Positions 11,932-25,600 of a DNA stretch of 64,000 nt are shown one piece after another. Position 1 is the first letter of the stretch. Each line of letters opens with the position of its first letter. A program made the position numbers and the translations under genes. The stretch covers positions 67,580,001-67,644,000 of the forward strand of contig NC_086097.1 in the NCBI RefSeq assembly GCF_963921235.1, read 5' to 3'. The DNA comes from Mobula hypostoma (Eukaryota). The notes under the pieces are model-generated. The model was given only the letters and a program-made list of their open reading frames with translations, was not told where the DNA came from and ran no database searches.

Positions 11932-14900
11932 TGAAAAGCCAAACTGCGAAAGAAAGAATTTCAGTAAGTTGGAGCTGAATTTGTTTACTTTACATTAAAA
12001 TCAAAAGGGAAGAGGGAACATCCCGAGGGTGAGGAAGGCAAGAGAGACAAATAGAAATTGATTGGAGACAGAAGCAGAGTCTCTTCAAGAGAGGGAGAAG
12101 GAGTTTAGAGAATGAGAACTGGGGGTGGGGAATGCAGAGGGCAGGGGATGAGGTAGATGGAGGGTAGTGACAGGAAGGAGAGGAAAGAGAGAAAGCGAGA
12201 AAGGGCAGTGGGTGGGAGTATTGCCCCTTCTGTGGCAGAGAACATACACCAATTTGAACTGAGTCCAGACTTTGTGCAATTGTTTTTTGGAAACCTTTAC
12301 TACATACATTGTCAAAACTGCATTGTGGTATGAAGAAAAAAAGGCATTCAGTAATTTCAGATTAGCAGTAGGTAGGCTGAGATATAATACTTTTGCTCCT
12401 CTCTCATACCTATTATATCAATGAGCCTTGTGACACAAAATGATTATCTGCCCTGATTGAAGCCTTTCCAAATCATCAATAATTTGCTGGTAGCGCCATT
12501 AATGGAAATGCAGGAATTGAGCAGAAGGGAAACCGGTTCTTCGTTTGCCCCATCATGTACCTCAAAACAAAAAACAGAGTAATAAAATACTGGACAGAGT
12601 AATTACTCCTTTCAGAGTAATAAAACACTGCACATAATCGGTAGAAAGAATAATCAGCAGGTATGATATGCACACATAATAATTGTAATTAACAATTTAA
12701 GTTAACAAGATACTGACTTGGAACCTATTGTCGTTTTAAGCACAGTCAGGTACTATTATCCTTTTTTTAAACAGTAATTTCTTTTTTTAAAACAATAATT
12801 ACTGGTGGTATATCTTGTAGTATGCTGTCTACTTACCAGCATTGTTAATATTTTCCAGAGCAAAGCAGGGTCTTTTTACTAAGATTCTCTTTTCTTTCTT
12901 AGCTTCAAATGCTTCTGGAGGCGATTTTAACTTAATTCATAAGAAATTAATTGCTTGCTGTCTCTCTGCAGTTCAATTAAAATCAAAAGTCTCTTTAAAC
13001 TAGGCAGATTGTTCCAGTACGACAGCAGTTTAACCTCATTGCTATATACTTTGTTAATGTAAAAGTCCATAAAACTGCATTGGAACAGACATAGTCCAAA
13101 CCAAGGCAGTTGAACACAAGTATAATCTGATTCTTGTCACTTTACAGTTGAAGTAACAGCGGTAAAAGTCAAGAGCACTTTTTACCATTAGTATGTTGCA
13201 TTCTCTGTGAAGAGGATTTAGATAATTTGGGCATAATCAGTACTGAGATATCTTTACATTCTTGCTCCTACTACTGACCAGAAAATTGATCACTTGAAAT
13301 AAAATGCCCCTTTGTGTTTCAGCCAATTGGCATAATAATACCCAAGGCAGCACTCTATGAGATGCAGGTACACCGTCAGGCAGAGTTAAAAGTTATGTTT
13401 GTAAAACCAGCAACACCAGTTGAATACTTTCGGCATTGACCTCTGAACCTCTATTGCCAGTGGCCAGGTCTGGTTAAGTTATCCAATCTTGAGGTGGTCT
13501 AGGGAACATGGTGAAATCTCTGATGGAACAATATTTAGGCAGATTGACAGCTCTGCTAGTCAGCAGTCCAACAGATCAAATCTTTCCCTCTTTTCACACT
13601 ACTGAACTAAAGAGGAAAGATGCATCAGTAACACATACACCAGCGATCTTCGACTTCACATCACTCATCTAGTGCAGGAGAAAAATATTTAGATGACCAA
13701 CTATACTCTATCCTGTGACTACTGCAAAACTCCTCAGGTTCAGTGGCACGATACATAGGGCAAACTAGACCCTCCAAGCCAGAAATATGGCTTACAGTCC
13801 CTCTGTACCATACTTACTAGGTCTAGATGTGGGTCCTTGCTTCCTGGCCCAGTGTTTCTGGTAGCATGGCCTGAAAGAAGGGAGTCCTCAAGAACACAGT
13901 GAGGAGAGCTCCATCATCAGCATGTCTCAGAAAGCTTTGATACCCATCAAAACTCTGCCCTCAGCTTCACCATGTATAAAATCTGCAAGTGATTTTTCAT
14001 AGTTTCATGTTCACTTGCAATCAAAAATTAAGCACATAAGGTAACTTTAAAAAGAACATTCTAAGTCATTAACCTAAACCAAAGTAACTGAAACACCATT
14101 ACCTTTTGCCTCCTTAACCCTACAATACCTATTGCATTTGATAGATCTTGCTGTACATCCAAGCTGGGGCAGGGCGATTTCTGAATGTAATAGACATCCC
14201 CCCCCCCCCGCCCAAATATGATCCCATCTTACTGTCATTTTGATCTTTATTTGGAGTAATAATCTAAGACCTGTGATAGAAGTCCCAAAGGTAAAATTGG
14301 TATTGTATTTCACCATAACTGATGTACAGTGAAAAACTTGTCTTGCATACCATCCATACAGTTCAATGCTCTATTGCAGCTTTGCAGATAATCATGGTGG
14401 AGGTGTGGTTGCCTATCCTTACTGATTGCAGTCTTTGGTCAGGAAGTCAAGGATTCACTTGCAATGGAAGGTGTTGAGTCCCAGATCTGGAGAAGTGACT
14501 CAATGCAAAGTGTCTTACACCATGTTCCAAGTCAATGGGAACCTTCCTGGACCATGCCAGCCTCCCAGAATCACCACTCATGCTCTCCCCTTGCCTCTGA
14601 TTACCTGGTACATTGCAGACGTGGGATCTTGCCAGATCTCTTTCCTTTCCCTTCCAGCACACTATGATTTCCCAGTCAGGTGACTGAGGTGCCCAATTGC
14701 AAGGAGATAAAAGATGCCTGTAAAATCAGGACATTGTAAAGAAAATCTCTACTGTTATAACTGCTGAAACATTCATTCTTATTTAATGCATGCTCTATTA
14801 AAAGTTATTTGTGGCTAAAGTAATGCACTAATTTCATTGTTCAACTTGCTTAACTTCAAATTCAGAATTTTCTTTGTGTGCCTGCTTCAAAGAGCATGAC

Positions 14901-16440
14901 TTTCTTGTTCTCTCGCTTTTCAGAATATTTAAATACTCTGTTACTGAAAGGAAAGGATATTCACCTCTTTTTGCAGTGAATGCCTGGAGGCAAAGTCTGA
15001 CCTTGAGAATGAATTGGAAAATGAACACCAAGAAAATCTTGCCTCTCCCTTGTAGAAGTTCCTTATATATGTATGATGTTGTAATGTTGAATCTAAAGCA
15101 GTACAAGCAGTAATTAGAAATATTAGTCTGATGTCTGGCAGGAGTGCTAAAGTAAATGTCAAACATGCCTGAGTGAACAAAAGCTTTTTAAAAAATCTGA
15201 TTATTTATTTGTTTTGTTTAGGCTTGCATCCTTTCAGGTTTCAACAATGCTTAATTCAGTCATTACTGAATTACTCTGTCTGGACACATGGACTAACTCT
15301 GACTCTCTATCTCATACTGTGTAGGTTGTCAGATTCTCAAGGTCTTCACCCAAACTGCCTGAATTGTTAATAAGGAACTTATCTCTGCAGGCAGAAAGAC
15401 TGTCAGGATTTTTTTTAAGGATAAGAAATAGCACACTGTCATGGAATGATTTCCAGACAATTTACCCTCTTTCATTCAGAGTGCTCCTCAATTACTAGTT
15501 GAAGTATTGAAACGGATACCCAAAATTCACATAAATTTTCCAGTATTCATCATATTGATGAAGTTTTGCTTAATCTGTTCAAACCATCCAATTATGGATG
15601 GAAAAAAATCAATAAATAAACCCATTATCCACCTTTCTGAGGCTATTCCCACTATTTTCTTATTATCACAGTCTCAAGTTCATCACTTGAATGCTCTTGG
15701 TTGTAGAAAATAAATGTACGTATTCAGTAAAACAACAAAGCAGGAAGAAAAAGCAATTACTTTTTACGGGTACACTTTTATGCCAGTAGTTTTGTGACAG
15801 AGATCAACCATCAACATTTTAAAGATTTCTTTACACATTGAGCACAGGTTCAGTCCTCAAGCCTCAGACTTGTTGGCAGCTTTTCAGTGGAGATGTCCTG
15901 GCAGAATGCTCAAGCAGGACTCTTCATGAAGAGTAGTGGTGGGGTCTCAGGCTGGGACTGTTCTGGGGTCGTATTGGGGAATCTCTTAAAGAATCTGTCT
16001 CAGTTTACACTTGGCTTAGACACTTCTCTGTTGAGTTCAGTGAAAACAAATGTGTGAAGGATTAAGGTAATTCTCATGCTCTTCGATTATTTAAGTGCAT
16101 TAGTGTGCATTATTTCTAAAATATCAATTATTTTATTATTATTTAATAGTTCCATTAATTTTAATATTTATTTTTAATATATCTGAATGTCAATATTTTG
16201 ATAGATCTCTTTGATATAACTCGGACATCACTGGTTTAAAAAGTGATCTTTCTTGCATTACCTCAGGACTGTAGTCTTCAACCAGACGAAACTTAGATCT
16301 CCATGTTCAATAACCCCTTTCCGACCAGCAATTCAAATTAAATGCTCCTTAGTTTGCACATAATGAAATCGGAATATCACAGGTCAGGGTTTCAACTCTT
16401 TAGGGGTTTAGCTCTTAAAGACCGGTGGGCGCGATCGAGT

Positions 16441-16792
16441 ATAGAAACCATAGAAACTACAGCACAGAAACAGGCCTTTTGGCCCTTCTTGGCTGTGCCG
16501 AACCATTTTCTGCCTAGTCCCACTGACCTGCACACGGACCATATCCCTCCATACACCTCCCATCCATGTATCTGTCCAATTTATTCTTAAATGTTAAAAA
16601 AGAACCCGCATTTACCACCTCATCTGGCAGTTTATTCCATACTCCCACCACTCTCTGTGTGAAGAAGCCCCCCCTAATGTTCCCTTTAAACTTTTCCCCC
16701 CTCACCCTTAACCCATGTCCTCTGGTTTTTTTCTCCCCTTGCCTCAGTGGAAAAAGCCCGCTTGCATTCACTCTATCTATACCCAGCATAAT
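16441..16792 (-). mobile_element. Young 5'-truncated CR1 3' end
   Basis: ORF 16514-16789 GIDRVNASGLFP..TRGHGLRVRGEKFKGNIRGGFFTQRVVGVWNKLP; tail repeat atagaaaccatagaaac. Confidence 0.92.
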
Positions 16793-16829
16793 TTTATTTT
16801 ATAGGGGGAGAAATAGTTAAAAGGTATAA

Positions 16830-17419
16830 AAAAGATGACGTACCATTTAACTGAGTAACAATTTATATATTTAAATGCAACACAGAACAAATTATAACAC
16901 TACCAAAACCTCTGCAGTACTATAGAACTGTGTATTAGTTCCTAATAGTTATTGATGGAGGAATTCATCTGCCGTGTTTTTATGATTGACAGTAGATACC
17001 TTCAAATTCTTCATAATTCCTAACTTGCTGAAGTAGTGGAATTGTTTCATTTTCACTCCTGGCTGTTTCTGGCATCTCTAACCCTGAATGCTTGACACCG
17101 CCGTGAGCAAAACAGTTTGAAATTATCTTACTGCTTATTTCTCGCCAACTATCAGTGGCAAAAATCACTGTTTCCTGAACACAAGCACACGCTACCAAGG
17201 TTATTTAAAAAACTGACCATTCTAAGCACGGTGTAGTGTCTAATGGCCAGGCAAGTGCATGTGACGGACACCAGTTAGAAACTGATCGGGAAGTCTCCTG
17301 CCCCATTTAAGCAGCACAATGTCCCATATAAATGAAGGGAATCCCAGCTATTTTCTTGATTTAGTTTTTGTTCCTATGAGTTTTCCCAAATAAATGGTCC
17401 AATTAGCCAGAATCCACTG
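16830..17419 (-). mobile_element. Tigger/pogo (TcMar) internally deleted element
   Basis: TA + TIR-like CAGTGGATTCTGGCTAATT starting at 17419 on the minus strand; transposase remnant ETVIFATDSWREISSKIISNCFAH. Confidence 0.75.
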
Positions 17420-17651
17420 TATTTTTCAGCATATTTTTGAACAGAACTTCTGTACAGTCCCACTCCTTATGTCTCACTTCGAATCATAGGATGGGATCTA
17501 TAGAACAGTGGATCTCGTTATAGCACAGAATTAGTTTTGGGGAAGCCACACATGGTAGATGTCATGTACAGTTAATCTGAGCAAGCTAACTTCCTGCTGT
17601 CCGTAAGCATTGTGTCATATTGAATCATAACTGCTGTAGGTTAATCTTTAG

Positions 17652-17802
17652 CAACACACACAAAATGCTAGAGGAACTCAGCAGGCCAGGAAGCATCTAT
17701 GGAAAAAAGTACAGTCAACATTTTGGCTTGGCCTGCTGAGTTCTTCCAGCATTTTGTGGGTGTTGTTTGGATTTCCAGCATCTGCAGATTTTCTCTTGTT
17801 TC
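17652..17802. mobile_element. Palindromic Penelope pseudo-LTR mini-insertion
   Basis: Inverted arms; flanked by aggttaatctttag and aggttaatccctag (17638-17651, 17803-17816). Confidence 0.8.
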
Positions 17803-17889
17803 AGGTTAATCCCTAGTTTCACTTCAGCAGACTCTGACTCTTTTTCTGTAATCAGATTAGCAAAATCCTAGAACGGATACAATCTAATC

Positions 17890-18655
17890 TACAAACTCAG
17901 CAGGCCAAGCAACATCTCTGGAAAAGAGTAAACCGTCGAAATTTCGGGTCAAGACTGGAATGGAAGGGTAAGTCAGCATAAGGCTGGGGGAGGGGAGGAA
18001 GAAGGGTAAGGTGGCAGGTGATAGGTGAAACTGGGAGAAGGAGAGGGGGTGAAGTAAAGAGCTGGGAAGTTGACTGGTGAAAGAGATAAAAAGTTGGAGA
18101 AGGGGGAATCTGAAAGGAGAGGACAGAAGACCATGGAAGAAAGGGAAGGGAGAGGAGCACCAGAGGGAGGGGATGGACAGATAAGGAGATAAGATGAGAG
18201 AGTTAAACCGGAATGGGGAATGCTGAAGGAGTGGAGGGAGGGGACAGTTACTGGAAGTTTGAAAAATCAATGTTCATGCCATCAGGTTGGAGGCTACCGA
18301 GACAGAATATAAGGTGTTGCTTCTCCAACTTGAGTGTGGCCTCATCGTGGCAGTAGGGAATGCCATGGACTGACTCGTCTTTATGGGAATGGGATGTGGA
18401 ATTGAAATGGGTGGCTACAGGGAGATCCCACTTTTTCTGGCAGATGGAGAGTAGGTGCTCGATGAAGCAGTCTCCCAACCTACGTTGGGTCTCACTGATA
18501 TACAGGAGGCCACACCAGAGCACCGAACACAGGATATGACCCCAACAGACTCACAGGTGAAATGCAACACTCACCTGGCAGGACTTTGGGACTCTAAATG
18601 GTTGCGAAGGAGGAGGTGTAATGGCAGCTGAAGCACTTGTTCTGCTTGCGAGGAT

Positions 18656-18720
<65 letters not shown>

Positions 18721-20620
18721 GGTGGAGTCATTGGGGCACTGTCATGACAAGCTTTTATGGTATGCTCATCGTACGCGTGTCTTGGGCAAAGGATAAGTAC
18801 CAGGAGGTAGATCAGTGGGGAGGGATGAGTGGACAAGAGAGTCCCAAACAAGAGAAAATCTGCAAATGCTGGAAATTTGAGCAACACACACAAAATGCTG
18901 GAGGAACTCAGCAGGCCAGGCAGCATCTATGGAAAAAAAGTAAAGTCGGCACTTCAGGCCGAAACTCTTTGGCAGGTCTGGAGTCACATCCTTGTGGAAA
19001 GCGGAAAGTGGGGTGGGGGGGTGGTGATGGATAGATGTGCTTGATGGTGGGATCCTGTTGGAGATGGCGAAAGTTATGGAGAATTATGTGCTGGATATGG
19101 AAGTTAGTGGGGTGGTAGGTGAGATTCTCACAGGTAGCTGTGAGAATCAGTGGGATTATAAAATATATCAGTAGATGACTGTCTCCAGTGATAAAGATAG
19201 AGAGATCGAGAAAGGGAAGGGAGGTGTCGGACATGGACCAAGTAAATTTGAAGGAAGTGTGGAAGTTGGAGGCAAAGTGGATGAAATCGATGAGCTCAGC
19301 ATGGGTACAGGAAGCAGCACCAATACAGTCATTAATGCTGCATAGCAAGAGCTGGGGAGTGATACTGATGTAAGCTTGGAACATGGACTGTTCCATGCAG
19401 CCAACAAAAAGGCAGCCACAGCTGGGACCCAAGCAAGTGTCCATAGCTATACCTTTGGTTTAGACAAAGTGGGAGGAGCTGAAGGAGAAACTATTGAGAG
19501 TGGTGGTGGAGGGGAACTGGTTCGAACTATTGTTCAGAAGGAAGTGGAGAGCTTTAACACCCTCCTGATGGAGGACAGAGGTGGATAGGGACTGGACATC
19601 CATGGTGAAAATGATACGATCGGGGCCAGGGAACTTGAAGTCATTGAAAAGATCAAGAGTGTGTGAAGTGTCATGGATGTAGGTAGGAAGGGACTGAACC
19701 GGGGCGATAAAACAGAGTCGAGATATGCAGATACAAGTTTAGTGGGGCAGCAACAGGCAGAAACAATGGGTCTATCTGGACATGCAGGTTTGTGGATCTT
19801 GGGTAGGAGGTAGAAACAGGAGGTGCGGGTTGTGGGAACTATAAGGTTGGTGGCGGTGCATGGGAGATGGCTAGAGTTGATAAGGTTGCTGATGGTGCAG
19901 GCGACAATGGCCTGGTGCTCCTTATTTGGGTCTTGTTCGAGGGGTAAATAAGAGGAGCTGTCTGATTGTTGTCGCCTGGCCTCAGAAAGGTAGAGGTCAG
20001 TCCACCAGACTTCTACAGCACCCCTTTTACATGCGAGTTTGATGGTGAGGTTAGGGCTGGTGCAGAGAGAGTGGAGAGCAGAGCATTCGGAAGGAGTGAG
20101 GTTAGAATTGGATAGAGGAGTGTTAAAGTTGTGACGGTTGATGTCTCATCAACAGTTAGCAATACAAACATCCAGAGCAAGGTGTCCAAGAAGAAGAGGG
20201 TTGAAGATGGGAGATGGGGTCAGTCATTGGAATGGGCTGGAGAGTCCTTGCCAATGACGTAGGCATGGAGATGTAGGCGGCGGAAAAGCTCAGCGTCATG
20301 GTGGGCATGAAACTCACTGAGGTGCGAGCGTAGGGGGAAAAGTTAAGGCCCTAACTGAGGACAGAATGTTCTGCCTCAGAGAGGGGAAGGTCAGAGGGAA
20401 CTGTGAAGACCTGGTTTGCATGAGAGCTGAGATCGGAGGGAGGAAGGGGGTTGGTAGTGTCTGAGGAGAGGGGAGGGTTGGGGTGTTCAGGGAAGGTGGG
20501 GTGGAGGAAAATGGAATCTCCGAGGACCTAAAAGAGCTGCCGGTGGGATCTGAGAGACGCGGGATTGCAGAGTGTTGGTGGGAGAAGGGGAGACTGAAGT
20601 TCCAGCGGCAGCACAGTAAG
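17890..20620 (-). mobile_element. Penelope-like retroelement: RT, GIY-YIG endonuclease and pseudo-LTR, decayed, with nested insertions
   Basis: RT motifs TCLGPSCGCLFVG..EQSMF..INDCIG..LPFLDL (18908-19444); endonuclease CGLLYISETQRRLGDCFIEH (18248-18523); nested pLTR at about 18847-18980. Confidence 0.9.
18660..18789 (-). mobile_element. Short retroposon 3' end with (CA)n tail, seen as a (TG)n microsatellite at about 18659-18717
   Basis: Flanked by AGGATAAGT (18651-18659, 18790-18798); minus-strand gtcatgacagtgccccaatgactccac resembles the 3' end of the SINE at 5817. Confidence 0.65.
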
Positions 20621-21769
20621 TGAATCTAGTCTACCTATATTTCCCAGATTGTACATCCTTGGTGCCAAGATTACCTAATGAGGACTTCTGTATTTTATAT
20701 TCACCTAGTTTGGATTTCAGGTTTTCTATATTAACTTTGCAGCACAAAATTTAGTTTGGCTTCACAGGAGGGCTTTGAAATGTTAGCGAGGGCAGAACCC
20801 AGAACATAAGATGCCAAACCAACTGTAAAGCGCACATTTGCCCACCCTCTCCGGTATATCTGGTGGTGACTCTGTGACATAACGCTTCTAAATTAATGGT
20901 TTAAAGAGAAATCTTTTTGACCATCAAGTACTGAGTAAACCTGAGATTTGAGCCTGGACGTGTGGTGAACCTAGTGGTCTTCCAGCGCTCTCACACACAT
21001 CTTGCATTTCAATACCACGGGCTCTGGTCAGGGTCCACCACTGCAGCAAACCTGAGAGCAGTTTCTGAATCATAGTAAGAAAATATTCTAGATAAAAGGG
21101 GACATGGGAGAATGGGAGATATTATCAGAACGAAGGAAGTTTCAATTGCTGAAAATAGTTCTGGCCTAATGAGAATTTCAATTCTGTTTACTGCTCCAAA
21201 TGACACTATGCAGTCACCATTATAGGAAAAGGAAAATGGTTAGCTTTTTGTCTGAGTGATTTGAACGGCTGTACGATTCAAACATGGACTTTTTCTGTCG
21301 AGGGTCTCTACTTTAAACTTTTCATGTTAAGATGATTGTTGCAGCTCTACCATCATTTCATTCCATGCAGATATTTGGGAAAGGTGACACTTCCCCAATA
21401 CTGCTGCTGCTTCTGAACCTCGTTTCACTTCAGAATGTGAGTAATCACCGGAGTATAGGGATTGTGACTGAACACTCTGGTGGACAGAGATGCCCTCACA
21501 TTCATTTGTGAACTGAGGAGCACTCCGAGCCTCTCTTCCCCTCCCCCTTGCTCTCTCCTGGATTTAACACTGTCTATATGAACAGCAATAAGATATTATG
21601 GTTTAACTTTTAGGCCAAGTTATTGTATTTTGTTACTGTAATTTTTTATAATTGAGAAATGTTGGGAAATTTTTTGTATTCCTCTTTGAAAATTTGTGCA
21701 TTGCTTATTAAGAATCAGTGAACTTAGTGCAAGATCTCACAAACTGGGACAGACATTATGGAATAAACT

Positions 21770-22603
21770 TCTAGCATCACACCACCATCAACCCTAACAA
21801 GCTCCACAGATGCACCTCAAGGATGTGTGTTTAGCTCATCGATCTACTCCCTCTCTATTCATGAGTAGGCATAGGTGAAACACCATCTATAACTTTGCCG
21901 ATGATACCATTGTTGTTGACAGGATATCAGATGGTGTTGAGGAGGGGTACGGGAGAGAAGTAGATTGGTTGTGTCACAACAACATCAGCAAGACCAAGAA
22001 TTGATTGTAGACTTCAGGAAGGGGGAATCAGGAGAAACGAAAACCAATCCTCACTGAAGTGTCAGTGGCGCAAAGGCTGAGCAGTTTCAATTTCCTGGGC
22101 ATTAACTTCTCAGAGGATCTATTCCGGGCCCACCATATTGATAAAATCATGACAAAGACATGCCATTGGCTCTGTTGGGAGTTAGAGGAGATTTGATATG
22201 TCACCAAAGATTCGAGCAAATTTCATCAGATGTACCATGCAAGGCATTCTGATTGGTTACAGAAGGCTGTAGGCTCAGCCAACTCCAGCATGTGCACAAG
22301 CCTCCCACCACTGAGGACATCCTCCAAAGGCGGTGCTGCAAGAAGGCAGCGTCCATCACGAAGGACTCTCAGCATCCAGGATATTCCCCCTTCCATTGCC
22401 TGAAGATCCACACTCAATGCTTTAGGAACAGCTTCTTCCTCTCTGCCGTCAGTTTTCCGAATGGTTCATGAACCTATGAACATACAAACGTACATCACTA
22501 TTTCTATTTTGCATTATTTAGTTTTATGATAACTTACAGTAATTGTACTGCACTGTACAACTGCCATGATACAGCAAATTTCATAAACCTGATTCTGATT
22601 CTG
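21770..22603 (+). mobile_element. Rex1/Babar-type LINE 3' fragment
   Basis: APQGCV and NFADDTIVV RT remnants, RRCCKKAASITKDSQHPGY C-terminus, (CTGATT)n tail. Confidence 0.82.
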
Positions 22604-25600
22604 TGCTTAAATAAAAAGGTAAATAACATACCTTTGCCTTCTTGTCTGCACATGCCTGGCCATACACAGTTAGATAATGTAAAAACTGCTCGATAAAGGA
22701 ATATTCACAAAGGCAAATCTTTCCAGATTCCAGCTATTAAATAAATATTCCTTATTTTGAATTTTCAAAATTGCATGCTGCTCTGTTAAACTCAAAGTAT
22801 AGTTTCAAGATCATCTAAAACAGACAGATTCTTGGGAGCGCATTGTCAAGTCGCTGTTATATCGGTACCAGTTTGATCCCATTTTGAGTTTATTACTATC
22901 ATATTAATCCAGTTTGGTTAAGCTAACATCAACCCCATATTTTTGTTAGAGAGTGCAATCTTGACTAAATGCCACTACTAATTAAATACAAGGAATCTAA
23001 CTGCTTTAGCCCACTGCACCAAACTTAAACCTAATAAAATATAAATGCAAAGCCTTGGGGCATTTGAAAGACACAGATAGATTTTCAAACTGATATATGT
23101 ACATATTTAAAAATACTTTTGTGCAAGTGCAGTAACATATATAAAATAATGCTTGAAACTATGAATCATAGTATTCTGGTCCCAAATTTAATGTGCTTAT
23201 AATGCCTTTCATAAGGCAGAAAAACTTAATAAAACTGATTTTGAGTTTTAGTGAAAGTTAGGAATTTCAGACTCATGAAATCCTATTTTCGAGTAAGATT
23301 CAATAAAATACTTGTAATAAGATACAATAAAACAGATGGTCAAAAATACTTATATGCCTCAAAATCGATCAAAAACAATCCCTATATGAGAAACCTGTGT
23401 CAGATTTTTGCATGACTTCTCAGCAGTTAGAGCCCATGATGCACAAGACCTAAGCCATCATGCCATACATTGGACATGAACAAAAATGATCTTCAGTTGC
23501 ATGCCAGCAGATCATGGGGGCTGGCCGGCCGGCTGGGGGTGAATGTGAATGGAAGTTAATAGAGAAAGTATGGTGGAGTGTTGGAGAATTGGGTCTAGAA
23601 TTGAGGGAATAGAGGATGAAGCAGAGGAAGAGGCATTAGAAGTTACGGAGCCACAAGTTAATAATGTGCTATTGTTAGTCACTTGATTAGGTTGTAGTGG
23701 AGGTAGGGGAGGGGGGTGTAAAGAGACTGGTATCACGAAGCAACCATGTGGAGTGGAGGAAGATGTGGTCAGACATGACATGGGATTCCAAAACCATTGG
23801 CAGTGAAGGGATGATGTGTGTGCGATAATTGATAGTTGGCAACTGACTTATTATTGTCTTGTGTACCAAGATAAAGTGAAAAGTTTTGTCTTCATGCTGC
23901 CCTGACAGGTCATTTCATACATTAGTAATATTAAAGTAGTACAAAAGGAAAACAGTAACAAAATGCAGAAGCTAGTGTTACAATTACGGAAAAAGTGTAA
24001 TGCAGGTCGTCAAATAATGTGCAAAGGCCATAGGAAATGGGATCAAACACCAAACAACATATTTCAAAGGATCTTACCTACAGAACTTACCTAGAAGATA
24101 ATCCATGTATTGGACTTCCCAGCTTCAGTCCAGGTGAGCTTGGTCCCCTTGAACTGATATCAAACAGGCCTCGGTTTTTCAGTTAAGGTTGGTGTTGCTG
24201 TAGCTTCCACTATTCACTGGCTACAAATACACTGTACATGTCCAGTGGTCACCATGTATATATCATGAATGAATTTCTGGAAGTGCACTGTACGCATACA
24301 AATGTTCAATCACATTCACTGACTGAATTGCAGATAAAACTTACTTACACATCATACAAAAATATGGCACTACACAAGAGAATTTCTAGACTACATGGTT
24401 TTACATTTCAAATTTCTATATTACAGGAGCACAAGGATATTACCATTTTCTGGTTTTGGTCAGTCAAAAATACAAATCTCATACAAGTGGATAGTCTGAT
24501 TTTTTGAATTATTATGTTTTAAACAACAATTGATTGTATTTACATATATTTTCTATACAATATTTTTGTGCTACTAGCTGTAATAACAAAATATAATCTC
24601 AACATACATTTCCATTCACCCAATTTGGGTGCTGTATGTGTACTATATTTGTTTGTTGAACATCTCAGGGGCTATGATTCTCCCATTAACCATTTTTCAG
24701 ATGATCTGGCTAATTGTAAGCACAGAGGTCTCACTTTATGTCTTTGTAGATTTTGTAGTGTAGTCAATATTTCAGTAATAGTTGAGTAACATTGTAAATA
24801 TATTGTTTGATTAAGCATTCTTTGTTTGTTTACATAATTCATTATGAGTTGTGTGTAAAAAGTATTTACATGTCATACATCATTACGTCACTTCCTGTGA
24901 TTTTCTTTCAATTAGCTTCTGGAGTTACAAAGCCTAACAGTGACAATTAGGAGGTTTTAAAATGAGCCCAAAATGACCTACCTGTTAAAGTGCAGCAAGA
25001 TTTTCTTCCAGAAAAGGGGAGAGAAAGATGTTCAAGTTTAAAAAAAAGGCAGAAAATGAATGAACAAACAAGCAACAAGTATGGTCATGAATTTATAAAC
25101 AGTGAGTACCAGATGATAATTTAAAAAAGGCAGATAGATGCATTTGATTGCAAAACAGATAACTGGATGATGTACCCTGACTGAATTTTGAAGCAAGTGA
25201 AATAGTCAATGAGAAGCAAGTGCTAGTTTTGTTGAGTGCATTGGGTAGAAAAGCATAGTTTGCTGAGAAGTATAATCAGCCAAACCAGCCAAAACAAGGT
25301 TTGCTGATATTGTGAAAGTAATGCAGGGACATTTAGAACCAAAACCATTGTTGACTGCAGAAGGCTTTAAGTTTCATAAGCTGAATCTAAAGGAAGAGGA
25401 GTCCATTTCTGTTGATATGATTAAATTGAAGAAATTGTCGGAGCATTGTCGGTTCAGTGATGGGCTTAATGATGCATGGTGAGATAGTTTAGTTTGTGGA
25501 ATCCTACAAGAAAGCATTCAAAACCAGCTCCTAACTGAAGCACAACTCACATTTAAAAGAGAAGTTGAAATTGCTGTATCAATGGAAACAGCAGACAGAG

